In this document: one piece after another, positions 1 through 8,128 of the stretch | Layout: each line of letters opens with the position of its first letter | Position numbering within the stretch: position 1 is the stretch's first letter | Origin: an uncultured bacterium | GTDB lineage: Bacteria; Babelota; Babeliae; Babelales; Vermiphilaceae | Direction of reading: 5' to 3' | DNA length: 64,000 bases | Assembly: GCA_963695335.1 (NCBI GenBank) | Contig: OY968764.1 | Coordinates: 288,001-352,000 of the forward strand | Made by a program: the position numbers and the translations under genes | Notes under the pieces: model-generated | What the model was told of the DNA's origin: nothing | Seen by the model: the letters and a program-made list of their open reading frames with translations, nothing else | Databases searched by the model: none

Positions 1-2
1 TT

Positions 3-92
3 GTTGTCCAAGTGCCTTTATTTGTTAACGAAGGCGATATCGTAAAAATAGATACACGTGATAGAACCTACATGGAACGTGTTAAAAAATAA
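3..92 (+). CDS. efp: Elongation factor P, C-terminal fragment (gene starts before window)
   Basis: Manual translation VVQVPLFVNEGDIVKIDTRDRTYMERVKK* matches the EF-P C-terminus; directly upstream of nusB. Confidence 0.9.
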   Translation, partial: VVQVPLFVNEGDIVKIDTRDRTYMERVKK

Positions 93-119
93 TCTTAATT
101 TAATAGGGGGAATTGAGTT

Positions 120-668
120 ATGTCTTCACTTTTTGTATCACCAGATGATGATAAATTACAAGAAAACGAATTATCCAGCCCTTCTTCTCATGAAGATTCA
201 GAAGAAAGTGGAATGACACCTAAATCATATGATGATTTATCTCGTCGCGATGTTCGTTCTCTTGTTTTTCATTTTTTATATGCAGCAGAAGCTTTTAACT
301 ACGAAGAATCCGTACAATCTATAATTGATAATTTTAATCGTGGCTACGATCTCAATGTACCTCTACAAGGTGAACTTTTTAATGTGGTTAATGATATTGT
401 TAACAAAAGAGAAGAGCTTGAGCACATTTACTCACCGTATCTTGCAAATTGGCGCTCTGAACGCGTAAGTGTCTGTACTAAACTCATTTTATTGTTTGCT
501 ATTTGGGAACTGAAATATACAGAAACTGATGCTCGCATTATTATTAATGAAGCGATTGAACTTGCTAAATGTTTTGCAGAAGAAGATGCCTACAGATTTG
601 TTAATGGGATATTAGATTCAGCTTCCAAAGATTTACGTAAAGAATTAACTATCAATACTGAAAGTTGA
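120..668 (+). CDS. nusB: Transcription antitermination factor NusB
   Basis: IIINEAIELAKCFAEEDAYRFVNGILD motif. Confidence 0.93.
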   Translation: MSSLFVSPDDDKLQENELSSPSSHEDSEESGMTPKSYDDLSRRDVRSLVFHFLYAAEAFNYEESVQSIIDNFNRGYDLNVPLQGELFNVVNDIVNKREELEHIYSPYLANWRSERVSVCTKLILLFAIWELKYTETDARIIINEAIELAKCFAEEDAYRFVNGILDSASKDLRKELTINTES

Positions 669-1432
669 CGATCTCTTTCTAACAAATCGCCTCTCTGCGC
701 ATCATGAATAAATAGAGGCTCTTTATCATCGTCAAAATGAATAATATTTGGTTCTGATATATTATCTTTAACATCTTTATTTTCTAAATACTGCTTAAAA
801 TGCCGATGTACATAAGCAATCCATTTGCCAATTAATGGATGATGTAACCCAGCATGATCTGGTTCTTTTCCATTAATCAATACACGTAAATTAGCAATAC
901 GTTTATGATCAGGAAATTCACGAACAGATAAGCCTAAAACGGTTTGAATAAGATCTTCAAAAGAAAAGAGATTATACAAATACTGTATAATCTTCATATT
1001 GGGCAAATAGTTGCTCATAACAGGCGTACCAAGTGTAAACAACGCACGAATACAATGTTTATTACCCTCTTCTTGCGCCAGAAAATGCGATGCTAAAGTT
1101 ACTACATTACCGCCATGGCTGTGAGCTATAATAAAAATGGTCGTATTTTCATCATATGTTTTAATAAGTTGTACAAGATTTTGTGCTGCTTTTATCCGTG
1201 ATTCATGACCACATCCTCCACTCCAACGAAACGGCACGACAACACTGTTTTTGTCATAGACAGTTTTTTCTAATGCTACAAAAAAATCACCTTCTGGAAC
1301 ATACCAACTGCAATCGGCACCCCATGTGCCGTGAATAAGAATAAATACAGATTGCGCCTTAATAAGCGCTCCCATCCATATCATGCATATAAAAAAAAGT
1401 GTCCTAATTTTTCTGATAACACGCATACTCAT
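590..1432 (-). CDS. Exported alpha/beta-hydrolase (lipase/esterase-like)
   Basis: LIHGTWG oxyanion motif, AHSHGG nucleophile elbow, TLGTP; N-terminal signal peptide. Confidence 0.75.
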   Translation of the reverse strand: MSMRVIRKIRTLFFICMIWMGALIKAQSVFILIHGTWGADCSWYVPEGDFFVALEKTVYDKNSVVVPFRWSGGCGHESRIKAAQNLVQLIKTYDENTTIFIIAHSHGGNVVTLASHFLAQEEGNKHCIRALFTLGTPVMSNYLPNMKIIQYLYNLFSFEDLIQTVLGLSVREFPDHKRIANLRVLINGKEPDHAGLHHPLIGKWIAYVHRHFKQYLENKDVKDNISEPNIIHFDDDKEPLFIHDAQRGDLLERDRQLSVLIVNSLRKSLEAESNIPLTNL

Positions 1433-1512
1433 CTCTTATAAAAAAACCTCTGTTTTTAGTATAAGCATCACGCTTTTTTCAGTCAAAATTTTATAGAATT
1501 ATTTTTATCTTA

Positions 1513-1542
1513 TTGACAATCTAAAATAGATAAATTTATAAT
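1513..1542 (+). promoter_or_regulatory. Sigma70-type promoter for ORF 1593
   Basis: TTGACA-18 bp-TATAAT. Confidence 0.6.
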
Positions 1543-1592
1543 TTCATAGTGAAATTTACCTAGATCAAAGCCCATCAAAAAAGGAACCTCGT

Positions 1593-2546
1593 ATGAAAAA
1601 AATATCATTGTTAACAGCCACTGTACTCTGTATTTCTACCATCAACAATAACATCACTGCCCCCCGACAAAAATTTTCTGATGAACACATTCTGGGGCCA
1701 CAAATGATCAGAGAATTAGGAGAAGATGTAAAAGTAAAAAATCTTGCTTTTAGAAACGCTGTTGGAGACGTTGAAAGACAAGAAGCATTAAAAAATGCGC
1801 ATATGGCTGCACAAACATTACTCAATACACTGAATGACATCAAAACATATGGCAATGAAACTATTAGAGGTTATAATGCTGCGCAAAGAAGACAAGCTGG
1901 TATAAACTTGGCTGAATTACGTACACGTGCAAACTGTATCAACGTAGAAATTGATAATAAAAGAATGGAAAAAATGGATATGACAGAAGAAGGTTATATC
2001 TTTGAACCTGTAAAGCTAGGAAAAGCAGAGCCTTACGCACAAGCCACAAAAGATCTGAGAGCTCTTATTGCAGAAGAAAAAAGCACACAACTGGCTATCA
2101 AAAATCAAGAAGCAATCTTAGGAACAGAATGGAGCAATGCAATAAAACTCGCTATACAAAATTTAATCGTAGGAAATTCATATGGTATTGCATACGGAAT
2201 TGATTGGTATTTTGGCGATCGTGGTGCAAAATTAATGGTGGAGAAAAATCAACCTCAAGCAGCAGCTCCTGCGAGAAAAGTTAAAAAATCAATGCCTTTG
2301 ACTCAAAAACAGAAATCTGCTATAAAATCATGGAATCATCTCCGTAAAAATGAACTTTTATCTAAAGAAATCACAACAGCTTACCAATTAACTCAAGCAA
2401 AAGAACTTCTTAATAAACTCAATATGGTTAAAGATGATCTACAAAATATCCCATTAAAACATAAATATATTTTAGATAGAGTTACAGAAAGTTCTGAATC
2501 TCTTACAAGAAAAATAGATCGTGCAAAAACGCGTTGGTTAAAATAA
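1593..2546 (+). CDS. Hypothetical exported helical protein
   Basis: 317 aa ORF, AAGGA RBS, signal-peptide-like N-terminus. Confidence 0.7.
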   Translation: MKKISLLTATVLCISTINNNITAPRQKFSDEHILGPQMIRELGEDVKVKNLAFRNAVGDVERQEALKNAHMAAQTLLNTLNDIKTYGNETIRGYNAAQRRQAGINLAELRTRANCINVEIDNKRMEKMDMTEEGYIFEPVKLGKAEPYAQATKDLRALIAEEKSTQLAIKNQEAILGTEWSNAIKLAIQNLIVGNSYGIAYGIDWYFGDRGAKLMVEKNQPQAAAPARKVKKSMPLTQKQKSAIKSWNHLRKNELLSKEITTAYQLTQAKELLNKLNMVKDDLQNIPLKHKYILDRVTESSESLTRKIDRAKTRWLK

Positions 2547-2566
2547 ATTACACAAAGAAGCATAAC

Positions 2567-2599
2567 AAAAACCCCTGCAAAAAAATTGCAGGGGTTTTT
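2567..2599. terminator. Bidirectional intrinsic terminator
   Basis: AAAAACCCCTGCAA...TTGCAGGGGTTTTT between convergent genes. Confidence 0.8.
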
Positions 2600-2618
2600 A
2601 TTTTAAATTCAAATGAAT

Positions 2619-3119
2619 TTATTGTTCTTCATCGCAAGATTCATCGTCACAAGAACCTTCTTCACAAGATTCATCATCTGAACATGAACTTGGAGCTTCA
2701 TACTCAAAAAGATCAGGGAAGAACAGTTCCAATTCAAATACTGCAGTTGCAGATGAATCTGAACCATGAACAGCATTGTTGCCAATACTTGTTCCAAATT
2801 TCTGACGAACTGTTCCTGCAGCTGCTTTAGAAGGATCTGTAGCACCAATCAACTCGCGCCATGAATTAATAGCATCATCTTTATGAAGCGCCATAATAAT
2901 CACAGGAGCAGATGTAACAAATTCAACAAGCTCGCCAAAGAAAGGTCTTTCTTTGTGTACGCCGTAAAATTCGTGTGCCAAATCACTTGCAATAATAACT
3001 TTTTGCAAACGAACAATTTCAAAACCGTTTTGCTCAATCATGTCAATGATTTTACCACTGTTTTTAGCAGCAACAGCATCAGGTTTGATCATCGCAAAAG
3101 TCAATTTTGTTAATTCCAT
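2619..3119 (-). CDS. ndk: Nucleoside diphosphate kinase with Cys/acidic C-terminal tail
   Basis: TFAMIKPDAV, NAVHGSDS active-site motif. Confidence 0.95.
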   Translation of the reverse strand: MELTKLTFAMIKPDAVAAKNSGKIIDMIEQNGFEIVRLQKVIIASDLAHEFYGVHKERPFFGELVEFVTSAPVIIMALHKDDAINSWRELIGATDPSKAAAGTVRQKFGTSIGNNAVHGSDSSATAVFELELFFPDLFEYEAPSSCSDDESCEEGSCDDESCDEEQ

Positions 3120-3137
3120 ATCAATATCCTTATGCTC

Positions 3138-5012
3138 TTATTCTTGAGAATTTTTATCAGATTTTTGCATTGCAGATTCAAGAGCAATCTGTAAAGAACC
3201 ACGCACTTTTTGTTGCGTTTCTTCTTTTTTCTCTTTTTTAGGCTGCGGTCTGTTCTCTATAACTCTAGGCTGTTGCTTAGGTTGAACTGAACGTGCAGAT
3301 TCTGATTTTTCTTTTTTAGATTGTTCAGTTTTTTTAGGCTCAACTTTTTTGGGTTCTTGTTTTTTCTCTTCAAGAAGTGTACTTAAAGCAAGCTTACGTT
3401 CTTCTTTGTTGATATTAACAATACGGAATTGAGCTTTTTGACCAACAGTAAAGATTTCTTCAGCTTTTTTGCCTTGTTCTTGTGAAAGAACTGTGTTATG
3501 CACAAGACCTTCAATATGATTTGGCAATCTTACAAAAGCACCAAAATTAGTTATTTTGCTCACTTCACCTTCAACAATTGATCCTGCTGGATATTCTTCT
3601 GCAACTTTCTCCCATGGATCAATAGATAATTGTTTGATACCAAGTGAGATTTTTTTATTGTCTTTATCAATCGCTAAAACAACAGCTTCAACTTCTTGCC
3701 CTTGTTTATAACGATCTGATGGATGTTCAATATGTTCTGTCCAAGAAAGATCAGAAATGTGCACTAAACCATCAATACCTGGTAACAATTGTACAAACAC
3801 ACCAAAATCAGTAATGTTGCTGATTTTACCTTTAATTGTTTGCCCTGGTTTAAATTGTTCATTCACAGTTTCCCAAGGATTTTTGCCAAGCTGTTTCACA
3901 CTCAATGACATACGACGATTTTCTTTGTCGAGAGAAACAACAAGAACTTCAATCTCTTCGCCAACTTTATACAGACGATGAAGATCAGTAATGCGATCAG
4001 TCCATGAAATTTCAGAAATATGTACTAATCCTTCAACCTCTGGAGCAACTTCTATAAAGAGACCATAATCGGTAATACTTGAAATTTTACCTTTGATCTT
4101 GTTGCCAACCGCGATATCTGAGCTAATTTGATCCCATGGATTTGTTTGCAACTGTTTCAAGCCAAGAGAAATTTTCTCATTGTTTTTATCAAAACTAAGA
4201 ACTTTTACGCCAATAGTTTCGCCAATGCGTACCATTTCACTTGGATGAGCAACACGACCCCATGTCATATCAGTAATATGAAGAAGTCCGTCAACTCCGC
4301 CTATGTCTATAAATACACCATAATTAGTGATGTTTTTAACAACGCCTTGAATTATTTGACCTTCAGCCAATGTTTCTAAGATTTTCTTACGATCTTCTGA
4401 ACGTTGGTCATGGAGGTATTTGCGACGAGAAATGATCACATTTCCACGTTTTTTGTTCAATTTCAGAATACAAGCTTTGATAGATTGACCAACATATTGA
4501 TCAAAATCAGTGACGCGTTGTAGATCAATTTGTGAGCCTGGTAAGAATGCTGGAATACCAACATCTACATTCAAGCCACCTTTAACTTTATGAGTAACGA
4601 TACCTTCAATAGGCTCGCCTTTCTCAAAGAGCTTAGTAACCGCATCCCATGCGCGCATTTCTTTAGCTTTTTCATATGACAACACAATTCTGCCATTAAC
4701 ATCTTCGAGTTGATCAAGAATAACTTCGATTGCGTCGCCTGAATGTAACTTTTTAAGTTCATATTCGCCAAATTCATAGCGAGGGACTAGTCCACGAGAT
4801 TTGTATTTAATATCAACAAGAACACCACTATCTTCTACTGCAACAACCGTACCTGTGATCAATTTACCCAATTGAAAGGTTTCAACAGCACCTTTATAGA
4901 GGGCATCAAGCTCACGAAGAAGGTCTTCATTGAGTTGTAATGGTATTTCGTCGATATTTGCTTTGCTTTTAACCGTACAGAATTGTTCCGGTCTTATGAG
5001 TTCTTTTGACAT
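3138..5012 (-). CDS. rpsA: 30S ribosomal protein S1
   Basis: Six S1 repeats (GLLHITD, GLVHISE, GLVHISD etc.). Confidence 0.96.
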   Translation of the reverse strand: MSKELIRPEQFCTVKSKANIDEIPLQLNEDLLRELDALYKGAVETFQLGKLITGTVVAVEDSGVLVDIKYKSRGLVPRYEFGEYELKKLHSGDAIEVILDQLEDVNGRIVLSYEKAKEMRAWDAVTKLFEKGEPIEGIVTHKVKGGLNVDVGIPAFLPGSQIDLQRVTDFDQYVGQSIKACILKLNKKRGNVIISRRKYLHDQRSEDRKKILETLAEGQIIQGVVKNITNYGVFIDIGGVDGLLHITDMTWGRVAHPSEMVRIGETIGVKVLSFDKNNEKISLGLKQLQTNPWDQISSDIAVGNKIKGKISSITDYGLFIEVAPEVEGLVHISEISWTDRITDLHRLYKVGEEIEVLVVSLDKENRRMSLSVKQLGKNPWETVNEQFKPGQTIKGKISNITDFGVFVQLLPGIDGLVHISDLSWTEHIEHPSDRYKQGQEVEAVVLAIDKDNKKISLGIKQLSIDPWEKVAEEYPAGSIVEGEVSKITNFGAFVRLPNHIEGLVHNTVLSQEQGKKAEEIFTVGQKAQFRIVNINKEERKLALSTLLEEKKQEPKKVEPKKTEQSKKEKSESARSVQPKQQPRVIENRPQPKKEKKEETQQKVRGSLQIALESAMQKSDKNSQE

Positions 5013-5142
5013 TCGTCTGATCCATGCTTTCCCCAGGAAGGGAAAAGGATTAAAGGGTTAAAAAATATACGATTATTAAAAATATCTTATTTTAGAGTAG
5101 CACAATTATCATAATCTGACAAATTGTCACTGAAAGGCGATT

Positions 5143-5478
5143 TTATACCTGATAGCCCCATTTTTTCAACTCTTGCTGTGCCTCTTGTCTCCAATCTTCT
5201 TGGAATTGTAAAGCTTGCTCTTTAGCACTTTCTCTCATCTGTCTTGCCAATTCATGCCGGCCAATTTGTATCATAGTGACAACCAAACGGTCATTATCCA
5301 TAATAACTCTAGCTCCATTTCGAGATGCTTCATATATAACATCCAATCTACGGCGATGATTATAATTCTTAGTTGGAATAGCATATACATCTATAAAACC
5401 TTGAGGTTCTTCAAGAGCATATCCTGTTGTTCCTGTCACTACCATCATACCTAACATAATCATGCGTATATTTTTCAT
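5143..5478 (-). CDS. Small hypothetical exported protein
   Basis: 111 aa ORF with signal peptide (…TGYA-LEE) and AAAGGG RBS. Confidence 0.6.
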   Translation of the reverse strand: MKNIRMIMLGMMVVTGTTGYALEEPQGFIDVYAIPTKNYNHRRRLDVIYEASRNGARVIMDNDRLVVTMIQIGRHELARQMRESAKEQALQFQEDWRQEAQQELKKWGYQV

Positions 5479-5616
5479 AATAACCCTTTAGCAAACTTAA
5501 AATTGATCCCCTATTAGTATAGCTAGACAACAAACTATTATAGCATGTTATATTCAACAAAAAAATTGAAAAACAAATTATAACACTATCTACGCTTATT
5601 TGACCTTTAAAAACAG

Positions 5617-5650
5617 GGTCCCCCAATAAAAGCGTAGCGATATTGGGGTC
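5617..5650 (+). repeat. Palindromic repeat family C (GGGTCCCC...GGGGTC)
   Basis: GGGTCCCCCAATAAAAGCGTAGCGATATTGGGGTC; related copies at 59883 and within 34076-34137. Confidence 0.6.
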
Positions 5651-5652
5651 AA

Positions 5653-6555
5653 ATGAAACACTCAAAAATAGCAATTATCGGAGCAGGAACAGTCGGCTCA
5701 ACCATTGCATATACTTTGCTACTTAAAACAATAACAGCCGAAGTAATCTTAGTAGATATTGATCAAACCCGCTGCCATGGTGAAATTTTAGACCTTTCTG
5801 ATGCTATGGCTTTTAATGGAACATCCATGATACGTGCAGGCACACCTACCGATGCGTCCCAAGCAGATATCATTATTATAACCGCAGGTAAGCCCCAAAA
5901 TCCTGGCGAAACTCGCTTAGACTTATTTACAACCAATAAAGCAATTATTACCGATATTTTTACTTCTATTAAACCAATCAATCCCCAAGCAATCATTATT
6001 ATGGTAACCAATCCGCTTGATCCATTAACTATGCTCGCGCAAAAATTATCAGATTTGCCTACTCATCAGGTATTTGGCACAGGAACATTTTTAGATACAT
6101 TACGCCTACGTGGACTTATTGCTCAAAAAACAGATGTTGCCATTGAATCAGTTAACGCATATGTTGTCGGTGAGCATGGAGATTCGCAATGCGCTGTATG
6201 GTCATCAGCAGATATCGCCGGAAAGCCCATCACCCAATTTCCGGGCATACAACAAAAAGATTTAGACATAATTGCTCAACAAGTAAAAGATAAAGCGTAT
6301 GAAATTATACAATGCAAAGGCTCAACTGCGTTTGGAATTGCTGCATGTGTTACAAAAATATGTGAAGCTATCATTTTTAATCAAAAAATAGTTATACCTC
6401 TTTCTACATACATTAAAGATTATAAAACATGCTTGAGTATGCCAGCTATTTTAGGAGAAAATGGTATTGAAAAAATTTTGTCCATGACGCTAAATGATAA
6501 TGAACAAAAAATAGTAAGCGACTCAGCTCAACAATTACATAAGTTCTTGATATGA
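5653..6555 (+). CDS. ldh: L-lactate dehydrogenase
   Basis: IIGAGTVG Rossmann motif, AGKPQNPGETRLDL (Gln at the specificity position as in LDH), GEHGDS. Confidence 0.85.
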   Translation: MKHSKIAIIGAGTVGSTIAYTLLLKTITAEVILVDIDQTRCHGEILDLSDAMAFNGTSMIRAGTPTDASQADIIIITAGKPQNPGETRLDLFTTNKAIITDIFTSIKPINPQAIIIMVTNPLDPLTMLAQKLSDLPTHQVFGTGTFLDTLRLRGLIAQKTDVAIESVNAYVVGEHGDSQCAVWSSADIAGKPITQFPGIQQKDLDIIAQQVKDKAYEIIQCKGSTAFGIAACVTKICEAIIFNQKIVIPLSTYIKDYKTCLSMPAILGENGIEKILSMTLNDNEQKIVSDSAQQLHKFLI

Positions 6556-6594
6556 TTTAAAAAAATTTAAAAATAATACTGTAAAAGTTTACCC

Positions 6595-7533
6595 ATGAAT
6601 AATAAAATAATACTCTCTTTTATTATCTTTTGTTGTAGCAACACATTAATAAACATGGAACTCCACAGACTACATCCAAATCAATCACAAACCTGGTATT
6701 TATATAAAGAAATTAACGTTGCTGAAAAAACAGTTGGTACTTCTCAAAAAGATATTTTAAGAAAATGCGAAGAATATTATATTACCTCAATATGTATTGA
6801 TCCTTCCGAAACATCATTAGGCATAGCTTCTTGTGACCAAAAAGTACACATTATGGATATACAATCAGAAGAAATAATTATGTCTCTTGATTGTAAAAGT
6901 GATATAGCTTCAATTTGTTTTGATCGTTCTGGAAGAGAGTTTGCAATAACATCATACAACTCAACAACACATATTTTGAATATTAAAAGAAATGAACACA
7001 AAAAAATAATACCTAATCTTTCTTATTCCGTTTTTGATTACAACAAAGAAATATCTTCTATTTTTTTCGATAACTCCAATAATGCTCTTGGCGTAATACT
7101 AGATCGCAGTGATAGCACAATGAATATCATCAATATTCCCCAAAACAAAAAAGTATTTTCTTTTGATTATCATGAATATATTAAATTAGGATCTGTTTCT
7201 CCATCAAAAAAATATTTTATAACTACATCTGGCACAAAGCAAGCACGTTTATTTAACTTAACAACAGGCCAACCAACGTGCGTATTTACATTGCGAGGTC
7301 CAGCAAGTGCTTTTGCATTTGATAATAGAGAAAACTTACTTGCAATTGCATCCACTGAACCAAAAGCTCACACCAACGAACATAAAGTTCGTATTTTTGA
7401 TTTAAAAACATTTCAAGAAATTGCAACGTTCGGAAATAAAAAATATATTTCCACTGTTGCCTTCAGCTCTTCAGGAAAAACATTAGCATTCGGTTCTTTT
7501 GACGGCAAAGTATATCTTTTTAAAAGAAGATAA
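6595..7533 (+). CDS. Exported WD40-repeat protein
   Basis: Signal peptide followed by ME; beta-propeller repeats (TVAFSSSGKTLAFGSFDGKVYLF). Confidence 0.75.
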   Translation: MNNKIILSFIIFCCSNTLINMELHRLHPNQSQTWYLYKEINVAEKTVGTSQKDILRKCEEYYITSICIDPSETSLGIASCDQKVHIMDIQSEEIIMSLDCKSDIASICFDRSGREFAITSYNSTTHILNIKRNEHKKIIPNLSYSVFDYNKEISSIFFDNSNNALGVILDRSDSTMNIINIPQNKKVFSFDYHEYIKLGSVSPSKKYFITTSGTKQARLFNLTTGQPTCVFTLRGPASAFAFDNRENLLAIASTEPKAHTNEHKVRIFDLKTFQEIATFGNKKYISTVAFSSSGKTLAFGSFDGKVYLFKRR

Positions 7534-7559
7534 AAAAAGGGTTGGAAATTTCCAACCCT
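7532..7559 (-). terminator. Intrinsic terminator
   Basis: AGGGTTGGAAATTTCCAACCCT palindrome with adjacent A-run. Confidence 0.6.
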
Positions 7560-7613
7560 ACACTCGTTCCACACGTATGGTAACTAAATTATCTGATACA
7601 AAAATCTTTTTGA

Positions 7614-8108
7614 TTAATGACATCTTAAATGTAATTGCACTAAATCTTTTTTAATAAGTTCACGAAAATCATCAGAACATTTGTTCCAATCAACAACATC
7701 AACTTTATAAGGCAAATCAGATTCCTCAAAATTGTTAATTATATTTTTTAAAAAATCATGTAATTCTTGTGAAAAACCAGAAAAAACAGAGATAATTTTC
7801 TGTGCTTCACTTTCTTCATATGAATGCTCTATCAAATTGCGTTTTTTAAGAAAATCAAACCATAATTCCGGATCTTTAATAAAACCTTCAAGTCCTGCCA
7901 TACGAAAGGCTTCTTTTGGAGAGTTTGCCACTTTACCACGTACACCCAACAACCGTTGCATTATCTTCCATGATAATTCAAAACAGTATTCAAATGTTTG
8001 AATTGCTCCTGCTTGTTCTTGTTCAGTCGTAAGATTTTGCCGAAAAAGTTCAAACTTTTTAATTGCTTTTAAAAACGGCTCTATATTTACAGTATCAATT
8101 AAAATCAT
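7614..8108 (-). CDS. HI0074-family HEPN (HepT-like) protein fused to a C-terminal remnant of an MNT nucleotidyltransferase
   Basis: AIQTFEYCFELSWK and RNLIEHSY (RX4HXY), then FEESDLPYKVDVVDW typical of an MNT C-terminus. Confidence 0.8.
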   Translation of the reverse strand: MILIDTVNIEPFLKAIKKFELFRQNLTTEQEQAGAIQTFEYCFELSWKIMQRLLGVRGKVANSPKEAFRMAGLEGFIKDPELWFDFLKKRNLIEHSYEESEAQKIISVFSGFSQELHDFLKNIINNFEESDLPYKVDVVDWNKCSDDFRELIKKDLVQLHLRCH

Positions 8109-8128
8109 ACTATTTCCTTAACCTAAAA

